Positions 27,360 through 39,900 of a DNA stretch of 64,000 bases are shown here, piece after piece. The translations under genes and the position numbers were made by a program. The first letter of the stretch is position 1. Every line of letters begins with the position of its first letter. The DNA lies in the IMG/VR virus record IMGVR_UViG_3300025874_000005, positions 100,119 to 164,118 of that record; one strand, 5' to 3'. A model generated the notes under the pieces. It worked only from the letters and a program-made list of their open reading frames with translations. It did not search any database and was not told the DNA's origin. This stretch comes from a virus.

Positions 27360-28673
27360 ATGGCATCAATACTTACTCCATCAGCATTTCAGATTAAAAT
27401 AAAGGAGGAACACGTAGTTAAGGGTATTAAAACTACAAATGAAACATTTTTTACATTAGGGAATATTACTAATGTAGATAGAAGAATAGTTACAATACCA
27501 GCTCAAACTCCAATTGATTTATTTAATGTCAATGGGGTAAGACCTTCAGCAGGAACTTTTCCATCAAGTAGTATGAAATATGCTAGGATTACTAATTTAG
27601 ACACAACATCTTCATTAGCAGTTTCTTTTACATCATCAAAGTCACCTGATGGGATAGGCGTTATAGGTACGGATTTAACTTCATCTTATACAAGCGGTGG
27701 TGTTGGGGGTGTAATTGGGTTATACGCAGGTGTACCAACTACAGCAAGTGTTAGTGGTAGTGGGATGACATTAGATGTTGTTATTTCTTCATCTTTAATA
27801 ATGAGTCAAAGTTTAGGATTAAATATTGCACCCGATGATTGTGCTACTGGAACTTATAATGTTAATTTAATAGGAGGTAGCGGTACTGGAGCAACAGCTC
27901 AAGCAGTAGTTACAGGAGCAAATCCATCTACACCAACATTATCAACTGTAATGGTATTAAATCCTGGAAGAGGATATGTAGTAGGAGATTTATTAACAAT
28001 TGCAAGCGGAGATTTAGGAACGGGACAATTAGTAACAAATCAACCTTTTACTAATAACGGTTTAATTCCTAATGTAACAAATAATATAACAAGAGAAATA
28101 GCAGTTTATACAGCTACAGGTCAAGGTGGTACAGTTAGTGTAAAGTCAGATGGTGGTGTAATTACAGTAGTAAAACCAGTAAATATAGGAACAGGATATT
28201 TGGAAAATCAAACAATTACAATATCTCAAGATCAACTAACTAATGTAGGGTTTGGAGTAGTAAGTTCAGATTATACTAATACATTAATAGCAGATGATGT
28301 TGCTGATTCATCTGCAGCATCTATGTTAGCCTTAACTAGTAGTAATATAAATACAAACGTATTTCAAGCAAAAATAGCAGCAGGTGGAAGTGGGTATGAA
28401 GTAGGAGAAACAATTACAGTAAATGGTGCTGAAATAGGTAATTCAACAGATGCCGTATTTACTTTAACCTTAAATGATTTTACAGAAAATGGAGCAAGAA
28501 GTTACTGGACGATGGATGTATTACCTACATCATCTTTAATGTTTTCAAGTCCTCAAGTTACAGGAAGTACATTTAACGGCTTCTTTGAGCAAGATATAGA
28601 ATTTGTTTCTGTGTATGCTGAAACAGAAAGGATGGATGTTGAATACGTAGTTGTTAACTCAGATAACGCATAA
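27360..28673 (+). CDS. Virion structural protein carrying GxGYxxGD/E-type beta modules
   Basis: T/S/G/V-rich; three GxGY...TI modules; colinear similarity to the tail-sheath insertion. Confidence 0.6.
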   Translation: MASILTPSAFQIKIKEEHVVKGIKTTNETFFTLGNITNVDRRIVTIPAQTPIDLFNVNGVRPSAGTFPSSSMKYARITNLDTTSSLAVSFTSSKSPDGIGVIGTDLTSSYTSGGVGGVIGLYAGVPTTASVSGSGMTLDVVISSSLIMSQSLGLNIAPDDCATGTYNVNLIGGSGTGATAQAVVTGANPSTPTLSTVMVLNPGRGYVVGDLLTIASGDLGTGQLVTNQPFTNNGLIPNVTNNITREIAVYTATGQGGTVSVKSDGGVITVVKPVNIGTGYLENQTITISQDQLTNVGFGVVSSDYTNTLIADDVADSSAASMLALTSSNINTNVFQAKIAAGGSGYEVGETITVNGAEIGNSTDAVFTLTLNDFTENGARSYWTMDVLPTSSLMFSSPQVTGSTFNGFFEQDIEFVSVYAETERMDVEYVVVNSDNA

Positions 28674-28683
28674 ATAAAAAACT

Positions 28684-29847
28684 ATGGCAAATATACCAAT
28701 ATGGCCCGGATCTAGTTCATTCCACCCAGGAGATACACCTTTTGGGTTTTATGATAATGATCCTGAATTCCAAATAGACGCAGATAAATTTTCAACTTTT
28801 GCAGCAAGAAGATTAGGATATCCTATTGTGGATGTTGAACTTCAAGATTTAAACTTTTATGCTGCTTTTGAAGAAGCAGTAACAATATATGCTAATGAAT
28901 TATACGGGTTTAAAATTAGAGATAATTATTTAACCTTAGAAGGAGCAGATGCTTCTACTATGGATATTGAAAATTCAGTTGTTGTTCCAAATCTAGGAAG
29001 AATAATCCAAATGTCAGAACAATATGGGGTTGAAGCTGGTACTGGTGGTAATGTTGACTGGCATACAGGTCATGTTAATTTAACAAAATCAGTACAAGAT
29101 TATAATTTAGAAGAATGGGCAAAGGATACTATACCACATTATAAGGATCATGATATAGAAATTATGAGAGTTTTTTATGAAGCTCCACCTGCAATGTTAA
29201 GATTTTTTGATCCTTATGTAGGAGCAGGAATGGGTACTATGGATATGATGGATACTTTTGGTTGGGATGGATTTTCTCCTGCTGGTGTAAATTTCATGTT
29301 AATGCCTATTAATTATGATTTACAAGTTATCCAACAAATAGAATTTAATGATATGATCAGAAGAGCAAATTATTCTTTTGAAATGCATAACAATAATTTA
29401 AGAATTTTCCCAATACCCGATGGATCAGTCCCAAAATTATACTTTGAATATATTCTTAACTCAGAAAGATCTTCAGCTTCCTTTGTAGTAGGTGGAAGTA
29501 GTACTATTACTAATATATATGATGTACCTTATAAAAACCCAAATTACGATGATATTAACTCAGTAGGTAGAAGTTGGATATTTGAATATGCTTTAGCTTT
29601 ATGTAAAGAAATGTTAGGGTATGTTAGAGGTAAATATCAAGTAGTACCAGTCCCTGGGGATAATGTTACACTAAATGCAAATGATTTAATTACAGCAGCT
29701 ACTGGAGAAAAAGAAAGATTAATTGATAGGTTAAGGGCTTATTTAGGAGAAACATCAAGAGAAAAATTACTAGAAAGAAGAACAGCCGAAAGCGATTTCA
29801 TTGAAAAAGAATTAGGCAAGGTTCCATTTCCAATTTATATAGGATAA
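28684..29847 (+). CDS. Neck/head-tail adaptor protein (T4 gp13-like)
   Basis: RRLGYPIVDVEL N-terminal motif; WIFEYALALCKEMLG...GKY...PG.NVTLN C-terminal motif. Confidence 0.75.
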   Translation: MANIPIWPGSSSFHPGDTPFGFYDNDPEFQIDADKFSTFAARRLGYPIVDVELQDLNFYAAFEEAVTIYANELYGFKIRDNYLTLEGADASTMDIENSVVVPNLGRIIQMSEQYGVEAGTGGNVDWHTGHVNLTKSVQDYNLEEWAKDTIPHYKDHDIEIMRVFYEAPPAMLRFFDPYVGAGMGTMDMMDTFGWDGFSPAGVNFMLMPINYDLQVIQQIEFNDMIRRANYSFEMHNNNLRIFPIPDGSVPKLYFEYILNSERSSASFVVGGSSTITNIYDVPYKNPNYDDINSVGRSWIFEYALALCKEMLGYVRGKYQVVPVPGDNVTLNANDLITAATGEKERLIDRLRAYLGETSREKLLERRTAESDFIEKELGKVPFPIYIG

Positions 29848-29848
29848 T

Positions 29849-30445
29849 ATGGCATTATTTGGAGGAGCAAGAGACATAAGTTTATTTAGACATCTAAATA
29901 GAGAGTTAATGGCAGACATCATTACTCAGCAATGTTCTTTTTATAAGTTTAAGTTAGAAGAAACTAAAGTAAACATATATGGAGAAGCAGCAGAGGAAAA
30001 ATTCTACATGGGTCCTGTTTTACTAAATTGTCTAATTGAAAGATCAAATGAAGAATTTCCTGAAACAGATTTAGGTACTGACTTTACTTGGGGTGCTACC
30101 TTTAAATTTTTAAGAGATGATTTATTAGGAAAAATGAAAGAATTTAATTTAGATTTTGCACCTACAAACTATCAATATGGAGCTGATTTAGTTCCTGAAG
30201 TTGGAGATATAATTTTATATAATGAAGGATATTATGAAGTAGATAATGTAAATGCTAACCAATATTTTATGGGTAAAAATCCAGATTATCCTAATTCACC
30301 TCAATTACAAAACCCAGGCTTAGAAAATTTTGGAACTTCAGTTTCAATTATAGTTGAAACACATTATGTACCTGCTGATAAGGTTGGTATTACACAAGAA
30401 AGATTGTATACTGGAAATAATTCAAACCCATCACTAAATGGCTAA
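29849..30445 (+). CDS. Neck/head-closure protein (T4 gp14-like)
   Basis: NIYGE, PEVGDII, YYEVDNV; position after the gp13-like gene. Confidence 0.6.
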   Translation: MALFGGARDISLFRHLNRELMADIITQQCSFYKFKLEETKVNIYGEAAEEKFYMGPVLLNCLIERSNEEFPETDLGTDFTWGATFKFLRDDLLGKMKEFNLDFAPTNYQYGADLVPEVGDIILYNEGYYEVDNVNANQYFMGKNPDYPNSPQLQNPGLENFGTSVSIIVETHYVPADKVGITQERLYTGNNSNPSLNG

Positions 30446-31397
30446 AAGAGGAAAAATACCAACACCTAAAACTCAAAGAGAAATATTAAATTCTCAAATT
30501 GATCCATACAGCCCACCAGCTGGTTCTCCTGGTTTTTCAGATACAGGTAATCCTAATAATGCTGATACTCCTAATAGAGGTAACCAAGTATCATTTAGAG
30601 ATGATACTACTAAACCTTTTAGTTTAGGAATTAAAGATATAGATGAAGCTATTGCTTATTATATGGAAGAAGTAATTCAACCTACCGTAATACAAAATGG
30701 GGCAGTACAACAAGTACCATTTATTTATGGTTCTCCTGAAAGGTGGAAGCAGGTACAAAAAGATGGGTATTATAGAGATAAAAAAGGTAAAATTATGTTA
30801 CCTTTAATTACTTTTAAACGTAACAATATTGAAAAAGTTAGAAATATAGCTAATAAATTAGATGCAAATAACCCACATAATGTAAATATTTTTCAAAAAC
30901 AATATAGTGTTAGTAATGCTTATGATAATTTTGATATACTAAATAATAAAAGACCTGATAAGGTTAATTATGCAGTAGTAGTACCTGACTATGTAAATAT
31001 TACTTATGATTTTATTGTTGCTACTTACTATATAGAACAATTAAATAAAATAGTCGAAGCTATTAACTATGCTTCAGATTCTTATTGGGGCAATCCTGAA
31101 AGATATCAATTTAGAGCTAGAATAGATAATTTTGCTACACCTGTACAAGTAGAACAAAAAGGAGAAAGATCAGTTAAAGCAACATTTAGCCTAAAATTAT
31201 ATGGTTATTTAGTTCCTGACACAGTCCAAAAACAATTAAACGCAATAAAAAAATTCAATACCCCAACACAAATTATATTTAATATGGAAACAGTACAAAG
31301 TATAGAAGAGTTAAACCAAAGAAAAAAATTAGATAATTCCCGTCTTAGTATTCAAACGGATAATAATTTTACAGAATTTCCAAAATCTGGGAAATAA
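30438..31397 (+). CDS. Tail terminator/sheath stabiliser (T4 gp15-like)
   Basis: VPFIYGSPERW, LPLI, PDYVNITYDF, QLNKIVE motifs; position in the neck cluster. Confidence 0.65.
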   Translation: MAKRGKIPTPKTQREILNSQIDPYSPPAGSPGFSDTGNPNNADTPNRGNQVSFRDDTTKPFSLGIKDIDEAIAYYMEEVIQPTVIQNGAVQQVPFIYGSPERWKQVQKDGYYRDKKGKIMLPLITFKRNNIEKVRNIANKLDANNPHNVNIFQKQYSVSNAYDNFDILNNKRPDKVNYAVVVPDYVNITYDFIVATYYIEQLNKIVEAINYASDSYWGNPERYQFRARIDNFATPVQVEQKGERSVKATFSLKLYGYLVPDTVQKQLNAIKKFNTPTQIIFNMETVQSIEELNQRKKLDNSRLSIQTDNNFTEFPKSGK

Positions 31398-31411
31398 TAC
31401 TGTTTTTTATA

Positions 31412-31421
31412 ATATTTATAA
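31412..31421 (+). promoter_or_regulatory. Putative late promoter motif ATATTTATAA
   Basis: Exact copy 10 nt before ATG 31432. Confidence 0.65.
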
Positions 31422-31431
31422 ATAAAATTAG

Positions 31432-33972
31432 ATGGGTATAATATTAAGACAGAACAAAGGTTCCGAGTTAACATTCGCAGAAGTAGATGGCAATTTTCAG
31501 TCACTCTACTACTCTAGTTCTCTGTCTGGTACTGACCTTCAATTCTTTTTTGCAAGTAGTAGTGTAACACATAGTATAGATTTACAAAATGTTCCGGGAT
31601 TTACAGGAGTTACAATTGAAAGTGGAAGTACTTTAATAAGTAATGGTGTTCAAACTCTAAATTTTTTAGGAGATGGTATAGCTAGTATAACAAACTCCCC
31701 AACAACAAACCAAGTTGATATTAATATCCAAGGAGGTGGTGGTGGTGGTGGTTCTGGAACAGGAATATTCCAATTATTAGGAGCTACAGATATATATTTT
31801 GCAACCTCTTCATTACAAGTTACAGCCAGTACTTACCAAGAATCTGAGTATACTACTATAGGCGTTACACAAAACCCAAACAATGATGGCACTGGAGGTA
31901 ATGTAGCTAAGTATGGAATGATGTTTAGCCAATCAGTATGGCATTATACGGATAATGTAGGTTACCCAACATCAAAAGCATGGCAGACAGATTTAGAAGG
32001 ATCGGTATTTAATAACTATGACCAAAATACAGATACAGCAGAAATTTTAAGGTTTATTGCAACACAATTAAGTGCATCATCCCCAGATACTTCCCCAAAT
32101 GCTCGTTATTATTCTGGTACTTCTGAAACAATTGCTTCAAATGGAACTGGTGGGGTTACGGGTTATGTACCCAATTCTACAACCGACCCCATTTTATTAT
32201 ATTTGCAAGGAAAAGGATGGGCTATAGCAGGACAAAGTGTATTTCAAGGAATTACCCCAATTTATAATAATTCAGGCTATAATATAAAATATACATCAGT
32301 TGCAGCTGGTTCGACTACATGCCCCTCATCATCTTATGATCCTTCTTTCCAATTATTCAATTTAGGATTAGTAAGTTCTTCATTTACAACATCAGGTTCT
32401 TTAAGAAGAATTTTTGCTGATAACTCTGCAAAAACCCAAACAGTAGTAGATGAACAACAATATACTTTAGTAAAAACCCCACCACCTTTTAATACAACAT
32501 CAGGTCAAACTATTGGGGCAATACCTACAGTAGGAGGATTAGATATAAAATATCAAGATGGTAAATTTGCTACGATTTTCCAAAATAATTTATATAATGG
32601 GGGTATTTCTTTCACAACAAAAGAGGCTACAGGTTGGTATAGATTATCTTCATCAATAGGAGTACAATCAGGTTCTTCTAATTATACTACTTTTTATGAT
32701 CAAGATACTGAAATATTTTGGTCGGAAGTACAAACTAGTGATTTTTCTCAAACAGTAGGTTTTAATACTAGACAAAGTTCATCTTTATCAGCAACCTCAA
32801 GATCACTTTCAGGAGCTCCTTTATTATTAACATCAAATTTTAAAGAAGGATCTCATCTTACAGGATATTTCAATCCTTTATTTTCAGCACAACCTACATT
32901 TGCTTCAATTACAGAAACAGATTCTTTAGTAACCCCCTCTAACCCAACAGGTGGAACTAGAAATGGAAGTACAAATGGGGGTACTGTTCAAACTTCTAAT
33001 TTTATATATTCTAGTGGGGGTGTTGTTAGAACTGTAGGAACTATACCAAGTCAAGGAGATGTTGTTTATTTGACAGCAAGTTTAGCATTTAATGCAGGAT
33101 CAGGAGGGGCTGATAATATCAACCAAACCGGATTTGGCACAACAACATTTATAACAACAACAAAAGGTAGAGAATTTGGAGGATCGTTAAATACCGTATT
33201 TACTAATACTTATGCTTATTTTGACCCAGGGGCATATGGACAAAATGTACTGTCAGGTTCTATGGGTTACTACGGTAGAGCTCAAGGATATGATGGTGGC
33301 ACCTTAACTGGGGCTTCAAGTAATACAATATTTACAGAACAATTTTCAGGAGAAGATTATAGAATAGTTATTGATGATGATTTATTAACAGGATCCTATG
33401 CTAGTGGAACAAAATTGGCAACGGGTGTGTATGCAGAGTATGTTCAACAACCCTTAGAATTACAAATAAAACCAGGATATTTAGTAACCCCAGGAGGAAC
33501 ATATGGTTATTGGACTCCTGCAAACGCTGGTGCAAATACTTATCAATATTATTCAAGAGCATTTCAAAGAGATTTAACAACAGGAGCAAGTGATGTAACA
33601 GCTAGTTTTGGTGCAGCTTTAAATACGTGGGATAGCACAGCTAATGGGGTATCAGTAGCATTTTTGTTTTCAGGTTCGGGTGCACAAGCTTATACAAATC
33701 CAAGAATATTTGATCCTGCAACAACCGTAGGAGATGCTTTACAAATAGGTATAACAAATAATAATTTTACAAATCCATTTAGTGATCCAATTGATTTATA
33801 TGCTTGTAAAACAGGTACAGTAAGAGGAAGTGGAGCTGGTACAAGTTATGAATTTCCTCTTTTAAATGGAAATGGTATGACTTTAGATCAGTTAACACAG
33901 GACTTTATAGTTATAATAAGATATAAAGGAGACCCAGTTCCAGTAGAAGATATAGACATAACGATTACGTAA
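31432..33972 (+). CDS. Ser/Thr/Gly-rich virion structural protein
   Basis: N-terminal LRQNKGSELTFAEVDGNF (RxxKGSxLTxxExDxNF-type motif seen in phage fibre/appendage proteins); poly-Gly linker; beta-rich body. Confidence 0.6.
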   Translation: MGIILRQNKGSELTFAEVDGNFQSLYYSSSLSGTDLQFFFASSSVTHSIDLQNVPGFTGVTIESGSTLISNGVQTLNFLGDGIASITNSPTTNQVDINIQGGGGGGGSGTGIFQLLGATDIYFATSSLQVTASTYQESEYTTIGVTQNPNNDGTGGNVAKYGMMFSQSVWHYTDNVGYPTSKAWQTDLEGSVFNNYDQNTDTAEILRFIATQLSASSPDTSPNARYYSGTSETIASNGTGGVTGYVPNSTTDPILLYLQGKGWAIAGQSVFQGITPIYNNSGYNIKYTSVAAGSTTCPSSSYDPSFQLFNLGLVSSSFTTSGSLRRIFADNSAKTQTVVDEQQYTLVKTPPPFNTTSGQTIGAIPTVGGLDIKYQDGKFATIFQNNLYNGGISFTTKEATGWYRLSSSIGVQSGSSNYTTFYDQDTEIFWSEVQTSDFSQTVGFNTRQSSSLSATSRSLSGAPLLLTSNFKEGSHLTGYFNPLFSAQPTFASITETDSLVTPSNPTGGTRNGSTNGGTVQTSNFIYSSGGVVRTVGTIPSQGDVVYLTASLAFNAGSGGADNINQTGFGTTTFITTTKGREFGGSLNTVFTNTYAYFDPGAYGQNVLSGSMGYYGRAQGYDGGTLTGASSNTIFTEQFSGEDYRIVIDDDLLTGSYASGTKLATGVYAEYVQQPLELQIKPGYLVTPGGTYGYWTPANAGANTYQYYSRAFQRDLTTGASDVTASFGAALNTWDSTANGVSVAFLFSGSGAQAYTNPRIFDPATTVGDALQIGITNNNFTNPFSDPIDLYACKTGTVRGSGAGTSYEFPLLNGNGMTLDQLTQDFIVIIRYKGDPVPVEDIDITIT

Positions 33973-33989
33973 AAGAATAAAGATATAGA

Positions 33990-36900
33990 ATGGCATTAGA
34001 TAAAATAAAAAAGTCGAATAGATTACTCCAGAGTAAGAGATATACAATGGAGCAGAGTACTGATGCTCAGGAGGCATTCACAAGAACTCTCGACATTAAT
34101 GCTGGTGATGTTTATATAAGAGAAAATTTTGTTCCCTTAAATAATTTACCATATTCTGGTAGTGGACAGAACCAAGATACAATAGAATCAGGTTCAGCTT
34201 TAACAGCTGTTGATATTGTAAAGTTTCACTTCCAACATCAATTAACACCATCATCGGTTGTTAATGGTAGTAAAACAGAAGTATTTTTCTTTATATCAAA
34301 ATCAGCACATGATCCTACAATAGCTGTTACTCCTCAAATTATACAGGATGGACAACAAACAAACTTTTTATCACCAAAATATTCAGATGCTTCCTTAACA
34401 TTTAAAAATACTGAGGATAATGTACCCGCAGGAAACGGTACACCTGGATATAATGTTACTGTTAGAGTAAATGGTACTGAACAAGATTCAGCTTTTTATC
34501 AATTTGATTATAAAACAGGTGTAATACAATTCGTAGATAATTCAGTCTCACCATCAACCGGAGATACTGTCGTTTTATCAGCATACCAATATGTAGGTCC
34601 TACATTAGCAGATGGTGGTGTTGGTGGAGGTAATGCTTTTCCATTTTCAGGATCAGCACAAATAACAGGATCAGTTGGGGGTGTTCCAGGTGGATTCGCA
34701 GTAACCGGTAGTAGTACATTTGATGTAAGTGGTACCGGAGATGATTTTTCTATAATATCAGCTCCAATACAAGATAGACCTGAATTATTAACATATAACC
34801 CTTCAACAGGTCTTATAGGATATGTAAATGCAACTAGTGGTACTAGTGGATTTTCAGGTTCAAGTGGTACAGCAGGCCAATCTGGTACTTCAGGTACAAG
34901 TGGTTCATCAGGTTCAACAGGAACAAATGGTACTTCAGGAGAATCTGGTACTTCAGGAACATCAGGTGAAAGTGCTACTTCAGGTACATCAGGTACATCA
35001 GGTACTTCAGGTACATCAGGTGAAAACGGAACAAACGGTACTTCAGGTTTAAGTGCAACAAGTGGTTCTTCAGGAACAAGTGGTACTTCAGGTGAATCAG
35101 GCACAGCAGGAACAAGCGGAGAAAGTGCAACATCAGGCTCAAGTGGTACTTCAGGTACTTCAGGTGAAAGCGGCACAGTAGGTACATCAGGAGAAAGTGC
35201 AACATCAGGCTCAAGTGGTACATCAGGTACTTCAGGAGCAGATGGAACAAGAGGTACTTCAGGTTCAAGTGGTACAAGTGGTACTTCAGGTACATCAGGT
35301 ACTTCAGGAGCAGATGGGACAAGAGGTACGTCAGGAGAAAGTGCAACATCCGGCTCATCAGGTACTAGTGGTACTTCAGGTGAATCAGGCACAGCAGGAA
35401 CAAGCGGAGAAAGTGCAACATCAGGCTCAAGTGGTACTTCAGGTACTTCAGGAGCAGATGGAACACGCGGAACTTCAGGAGAAAGCGCTACTTCAGGATC
35501 AACAGGTACTTCAGGTACATCAGGTTCAAACGGAGTAGCAGGAGAAAGTGGCTTAAGTGCTACAAGTGGTACATCAGGAACCAGTGGTGCAGATGGTACA
35601 TCAGGTACTTCAGGTTTAAGTGCAACAAGTGGTTCTTCAGGAACAAGTGGTACTTCAGGAGCAGATGGAACAAGAGGTACATCAGGAGAAAGTGCAACAT
35701 CAGGCTCAAGTGGTACTTCAGGTACTTCAGGAGAATCTGGTACTGCGGGAACATCAGGTGAAAGTAGTACAAGTGGTTCTTCAGGTACTAGTGGTACCTC
35801 AGGAGCAGATGGAACATCAGGTACATCAGGTAAAAGTGCAACAAGTGGTTCTACAGGAACAAATGGAACTTCAGGTTCAAATGGTGTTGCCGGAGAAAGT
35901 GGCTTAAGTGCTACAAGTGGTACATCAGGAACCAGTGGTGCAGATGGCACCTCAGGAACTTCAGGTGTAAGTGGTACAGCAGGTTCATCAGGAACTTCAG
36001 GTACTTCAGGAGCAGATGGAACAAGAGGTACTTCAGGAGAAAGTGCAACATCCGGCTCATCAGGTACTAGTGGTACTTCAGGTGAATCAGGCACAGCAGG
36101 AACATCAGGAGAAAGTGAAACTTCAGGATCTTCAGGAACAAGCGGTACTTCAGGAGCAGATGGAACATCAGGTACATCAGGTTTAAGTGCAACAAGTGGT
36201 TCAACAGGAACAAATGGTACAAGTGGCTCAAACGGAGTAGCAGGTGAAAGTGGCTTAAGTGCAACTTCAGGTACTTCAGGAACAAGTGGAGTTGATGGTA
36301 CATCTGGAACAAACGGAAAAAGCGGAACAAGTGGTTCATCAGGAACAAGTGGTACTTCAGGAGCAGATGGAACAAACGGAACTTCAGGTTTAAGTGCAAC
36401 TTCAGGATCATCAGGTACTTCAGGTACTTCAGGTACTTCAGGAGAATCTGGTACTGCAGGAACATCAGGTGAAAGTGCTACAAGTGGTTCAGCAGGTACA
36501 TCAGGTACTTCAGGTGAAAGTGGAACAAATGGCACATCAGGAGAAAGTGCAACCTCAGGTTCAACAGGAACAAATGGTACATCAGGTTCAAATGGGGTAG
36601 CAGGAGAAAGTGGCCTAAGTGCAACTTCAGGAACCTCAGGAACTTCAGGTGTAGATGGCACCTCAGGAACTTCAGGTGTAAGTGGTACAGGAGGTTCATC
36701 AGGTACATCAGGTACTTCAGGAGCAGATGGAACAAATGGTACAAGTGGTTTAAGTTCAACTTCAGGTTCAACAGGAACAAGCGGTACTTCAGGTGAATCA
36801 GGTACTGCAGGAACATCAGGAGAAAGCGAAACTTCAGGATCTTCAGGAACAAGCGGTACCTCAGGAGCAGATGGAACATCAGGTACATCAGGTTTAAGTG

Positions 36901-39900
36901 CAACTTCAGGTTCAACAGGTACTTCAGGTACATCAGGTTCAAATGGGGTAGCAGGTGAAAGTGGCTTAAGTGCAACTTCAGGAACTTCAGGAACTTCAGG
37001 AGCAGATGGAACTTCAGGTACAAGTGGCGAAAGTGGCGAAAGTGGCTCATCAGGTACTAGTGGTACTTCAGGAGCAGATGGAACATCAGGAACAAGTGGT
37101 CTAAGTGCAACTTCAGGTTCATCAGGTACATCAGGTACTTCAGGAGCAGAGGGAACAAAAGGAACTTCAGGAAAAAGCGGAAAAAGCGGAACTAGTGGTT
37201 CAGCAGGTACTTCAGGTACTTCAGGTGAAACAGGAACAAATGGTACATCAGGTTTAAGTGCAACAAGCGGTTCAACAGGAACAAATGGTACAAGTGGCTC
37301 AAATGGAGTAGCAGGGGAAAGCGGTTTAAGCGCAACTTCAGGTACTTCAGGAACTTCAGGTGTAGATGGTACATCAGGTACAAGTGGTGTAAGCGGAACT
37401 GGAGGTTCATCAGGAACTTCAGGTACTTCAGGAGCAGATGGAACAGCAGGAACATCAGGTGAAAGTAGTACAAGTGGTTCTTCAGGTACTAGTGGTACTT
37501 CAGGTGAATCAGGTACTGCAGGAACATCAGGAGAAAGTAAAACAAGTGGTTCATCAGGTACTTCAGGTACTTCAGGTGAAACTGGAACAAATGGTACATC
37601 AGGTAAAAGTGCAACATCAGGATCAACGGGTACTAATGGTACTTCAGGTTCAAACGGAGTAGCAGGTGAAAGTGGCTTAAGTGCAACTTCAGGTACTTCA
37701 GGAACTTCAGGAGTAGATGGAACTTCAGGTACAAGTGGCATTAGTGGTACAAGTGGCTCATCAGGTACATCAGGTACATCAGGAGCAGATGGAACAAACG
37801 GAACTTCAGGTTTAAGTGCAACTTCAGGATCAGGAGGTACTTCAGGTACTTCAGGAGCAGATGGAACAAACGGAACTTCAGGAAAAAGTGCAACTTCAGG
37901 ATCATCAGGTACATCAGGTACTTCAGGTAAAACAGGAACAAACGGAACTTCAGGTAAATCAAATACTTCAGGTACATCAGGTACTTCAGGTTCCTCAGGT
38001 ACTAATGGTACAAGAGGTTTATCAGGTAAATCAAATACTTCAGGTACATCAGGTACTTCAGGTTCGACAGGTACTTCAGGTACATCAGGTGAATCAGGCA
38101 CAGCAGGAACAAGCGGAGAAAGTGCAACTTCAGGTTCGACAGGTACTTCAGGTACATCAGGTTCAAATGGAGTAGCAGGTGAAAGTGGCTTAAGTGCAAC
38201 TTCAGGAACTTCAGGAACTTCAGGTGTAGATGGCACCTCAGGAACTTCAGGTGTAAGTGCAACAAGCGGTTCATCAGGTACTTCAGGTACAAGTGGTGCT
38301 GATGGTACAGCAGGAACATCAGGTGAAAGTAATTTAAGTGGTACATCAGGTACATCTGGTACATCAGGTACATCAGGTTCAAGAGGTACTTCAGGTACTT
38401 CAGGCGAAAATGGTACATCAGGTACAAGTGGTGTAAGTGCAACAAGTGGTTCAGCAGGTACATCAGGTACTTCAGGTGAAACCGGAACAAATGGTACGTC
38501 AGGTTTAAGTGGTAAAAGTGGTACTTCAGGTTCAGCAGGTACTTCAGGTACATCAGGTAAATCAGGTAAAAACGGCACAGCAGGAACAAGTGGTAAAAGT
38601 TCAACTTCAGGATCAGCAGGTACAAATGGTACTTCAGGTAAAAATGGAACAGCAGGAACAAGTGGTAAATCAGGAACTTCAGGTTCAACAGGAACAAATG
38701 GTACATCAGGTTCAAATGGGGTAGCAGGAGAAAGTGGCCTAAGTGCAACTTCAGGAACCTCAGGAACTTCAGGTGTAGATGGTACTTCAGGTACAAGTGG
38801 TGAAAGTGGAGGAAGTGGTTCATCCGGTACTAGCGGTACTTCAGGAACAGACGGAACAAATGGAACAAAAGGTTCAAGTGGAAATAGTGCAACATCAGGT
38901 TCATCAGGTACATCAGGTACATCAGGTGAAAGTGGAACTTCAGGAACCTCAGGTTTAAGTTCAACTTCAGGAAGTTCAGGTACTTCAGGTACAAGTGGTA
39001 AATCAGGAAAAGATGGTACTGCTGGTACATCAGGTAAATCAAATACTTCAGGAAGTTCAGGTACTTCAGGTACATCAGGTACATCAGGTGAAAGTGGAAC
39101 TTCAGGAACCTCAGGTTTAAGTTCAACTTCAGGATCAAGTGGTACTTCAGGTACAAGTGGTAAAAATGGAACAGCAGGAACAAGTGGTAAATCAAATACA
39201 TCAGGAACAACAGGTACTTCAGGTACAAGTGGTTCAAACGGAGTGGCAGGAGAAAGTGGCCTAAGTGCAACTTCAGGAACCTCAGGAACTTCAGGTGTAG
39301 ATGGAACTTCAGGCACATCAGGTTTAAGTGGTACTGCAGGTTCAAGTGGTACAGCAGGTACTTCAGGTAAATCAGGAAAAGATGGCACTTCAGGTACATC
39401 AGGCAAATCAGGTACTTCAGGATCAGCAGGTACAAATGGTACTTCAGGTAAAAGTTCAACTTCAGGTACCTCAGGTTTAAGTTCAACTTCAGGAAGTTCA
39501 GGAACTTCAGGTACTTCAGGAGCAGATGGAACAGCAGGAACCTCAGGTGAAAGTAATTTAAGTGGTACATCAGGTACATCAGGTACATCAGGTACATCAG
39601 GATCAAGGGGTACTTCAGGTACTTCCGGTAAAAATGGAACAGCAGGAACCTCAGGTTTAAGTTCAACTTCAGGATCAGCAGGTACAGCAGGTACTTCCGG
39701 TAAAAGTGGAACAGCAGGTACAAGCGGTAAATCAAATACATCAGGTACATCAGGTACTTCAGGATCATCAGGTACTAATGGTACAAGAGGTTTATCAGGT
39801 CAATCAAATACCTCAGGTACATCAGGTTCTTCGGGTTCAACAGGTACAGCAGGTACTTCCGGTAAAAGTGGAGTAGCAGGTACAAGTGGTAAAAGTTCAA

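Noticed and set aside
34508-39406. 1632-aa minus-strand ORF (VPEVPD repeats) and the many Q/V/L-rich or Y/L-rich alternative-frame ORFs between 34.8 and 42.5 kb
   Set aside because: Shadow frames of the 9-bp GTS repeat, which lacks stops in those frames; third-position variation is synonymous in the + strand GTS frame, and there are no expression signals
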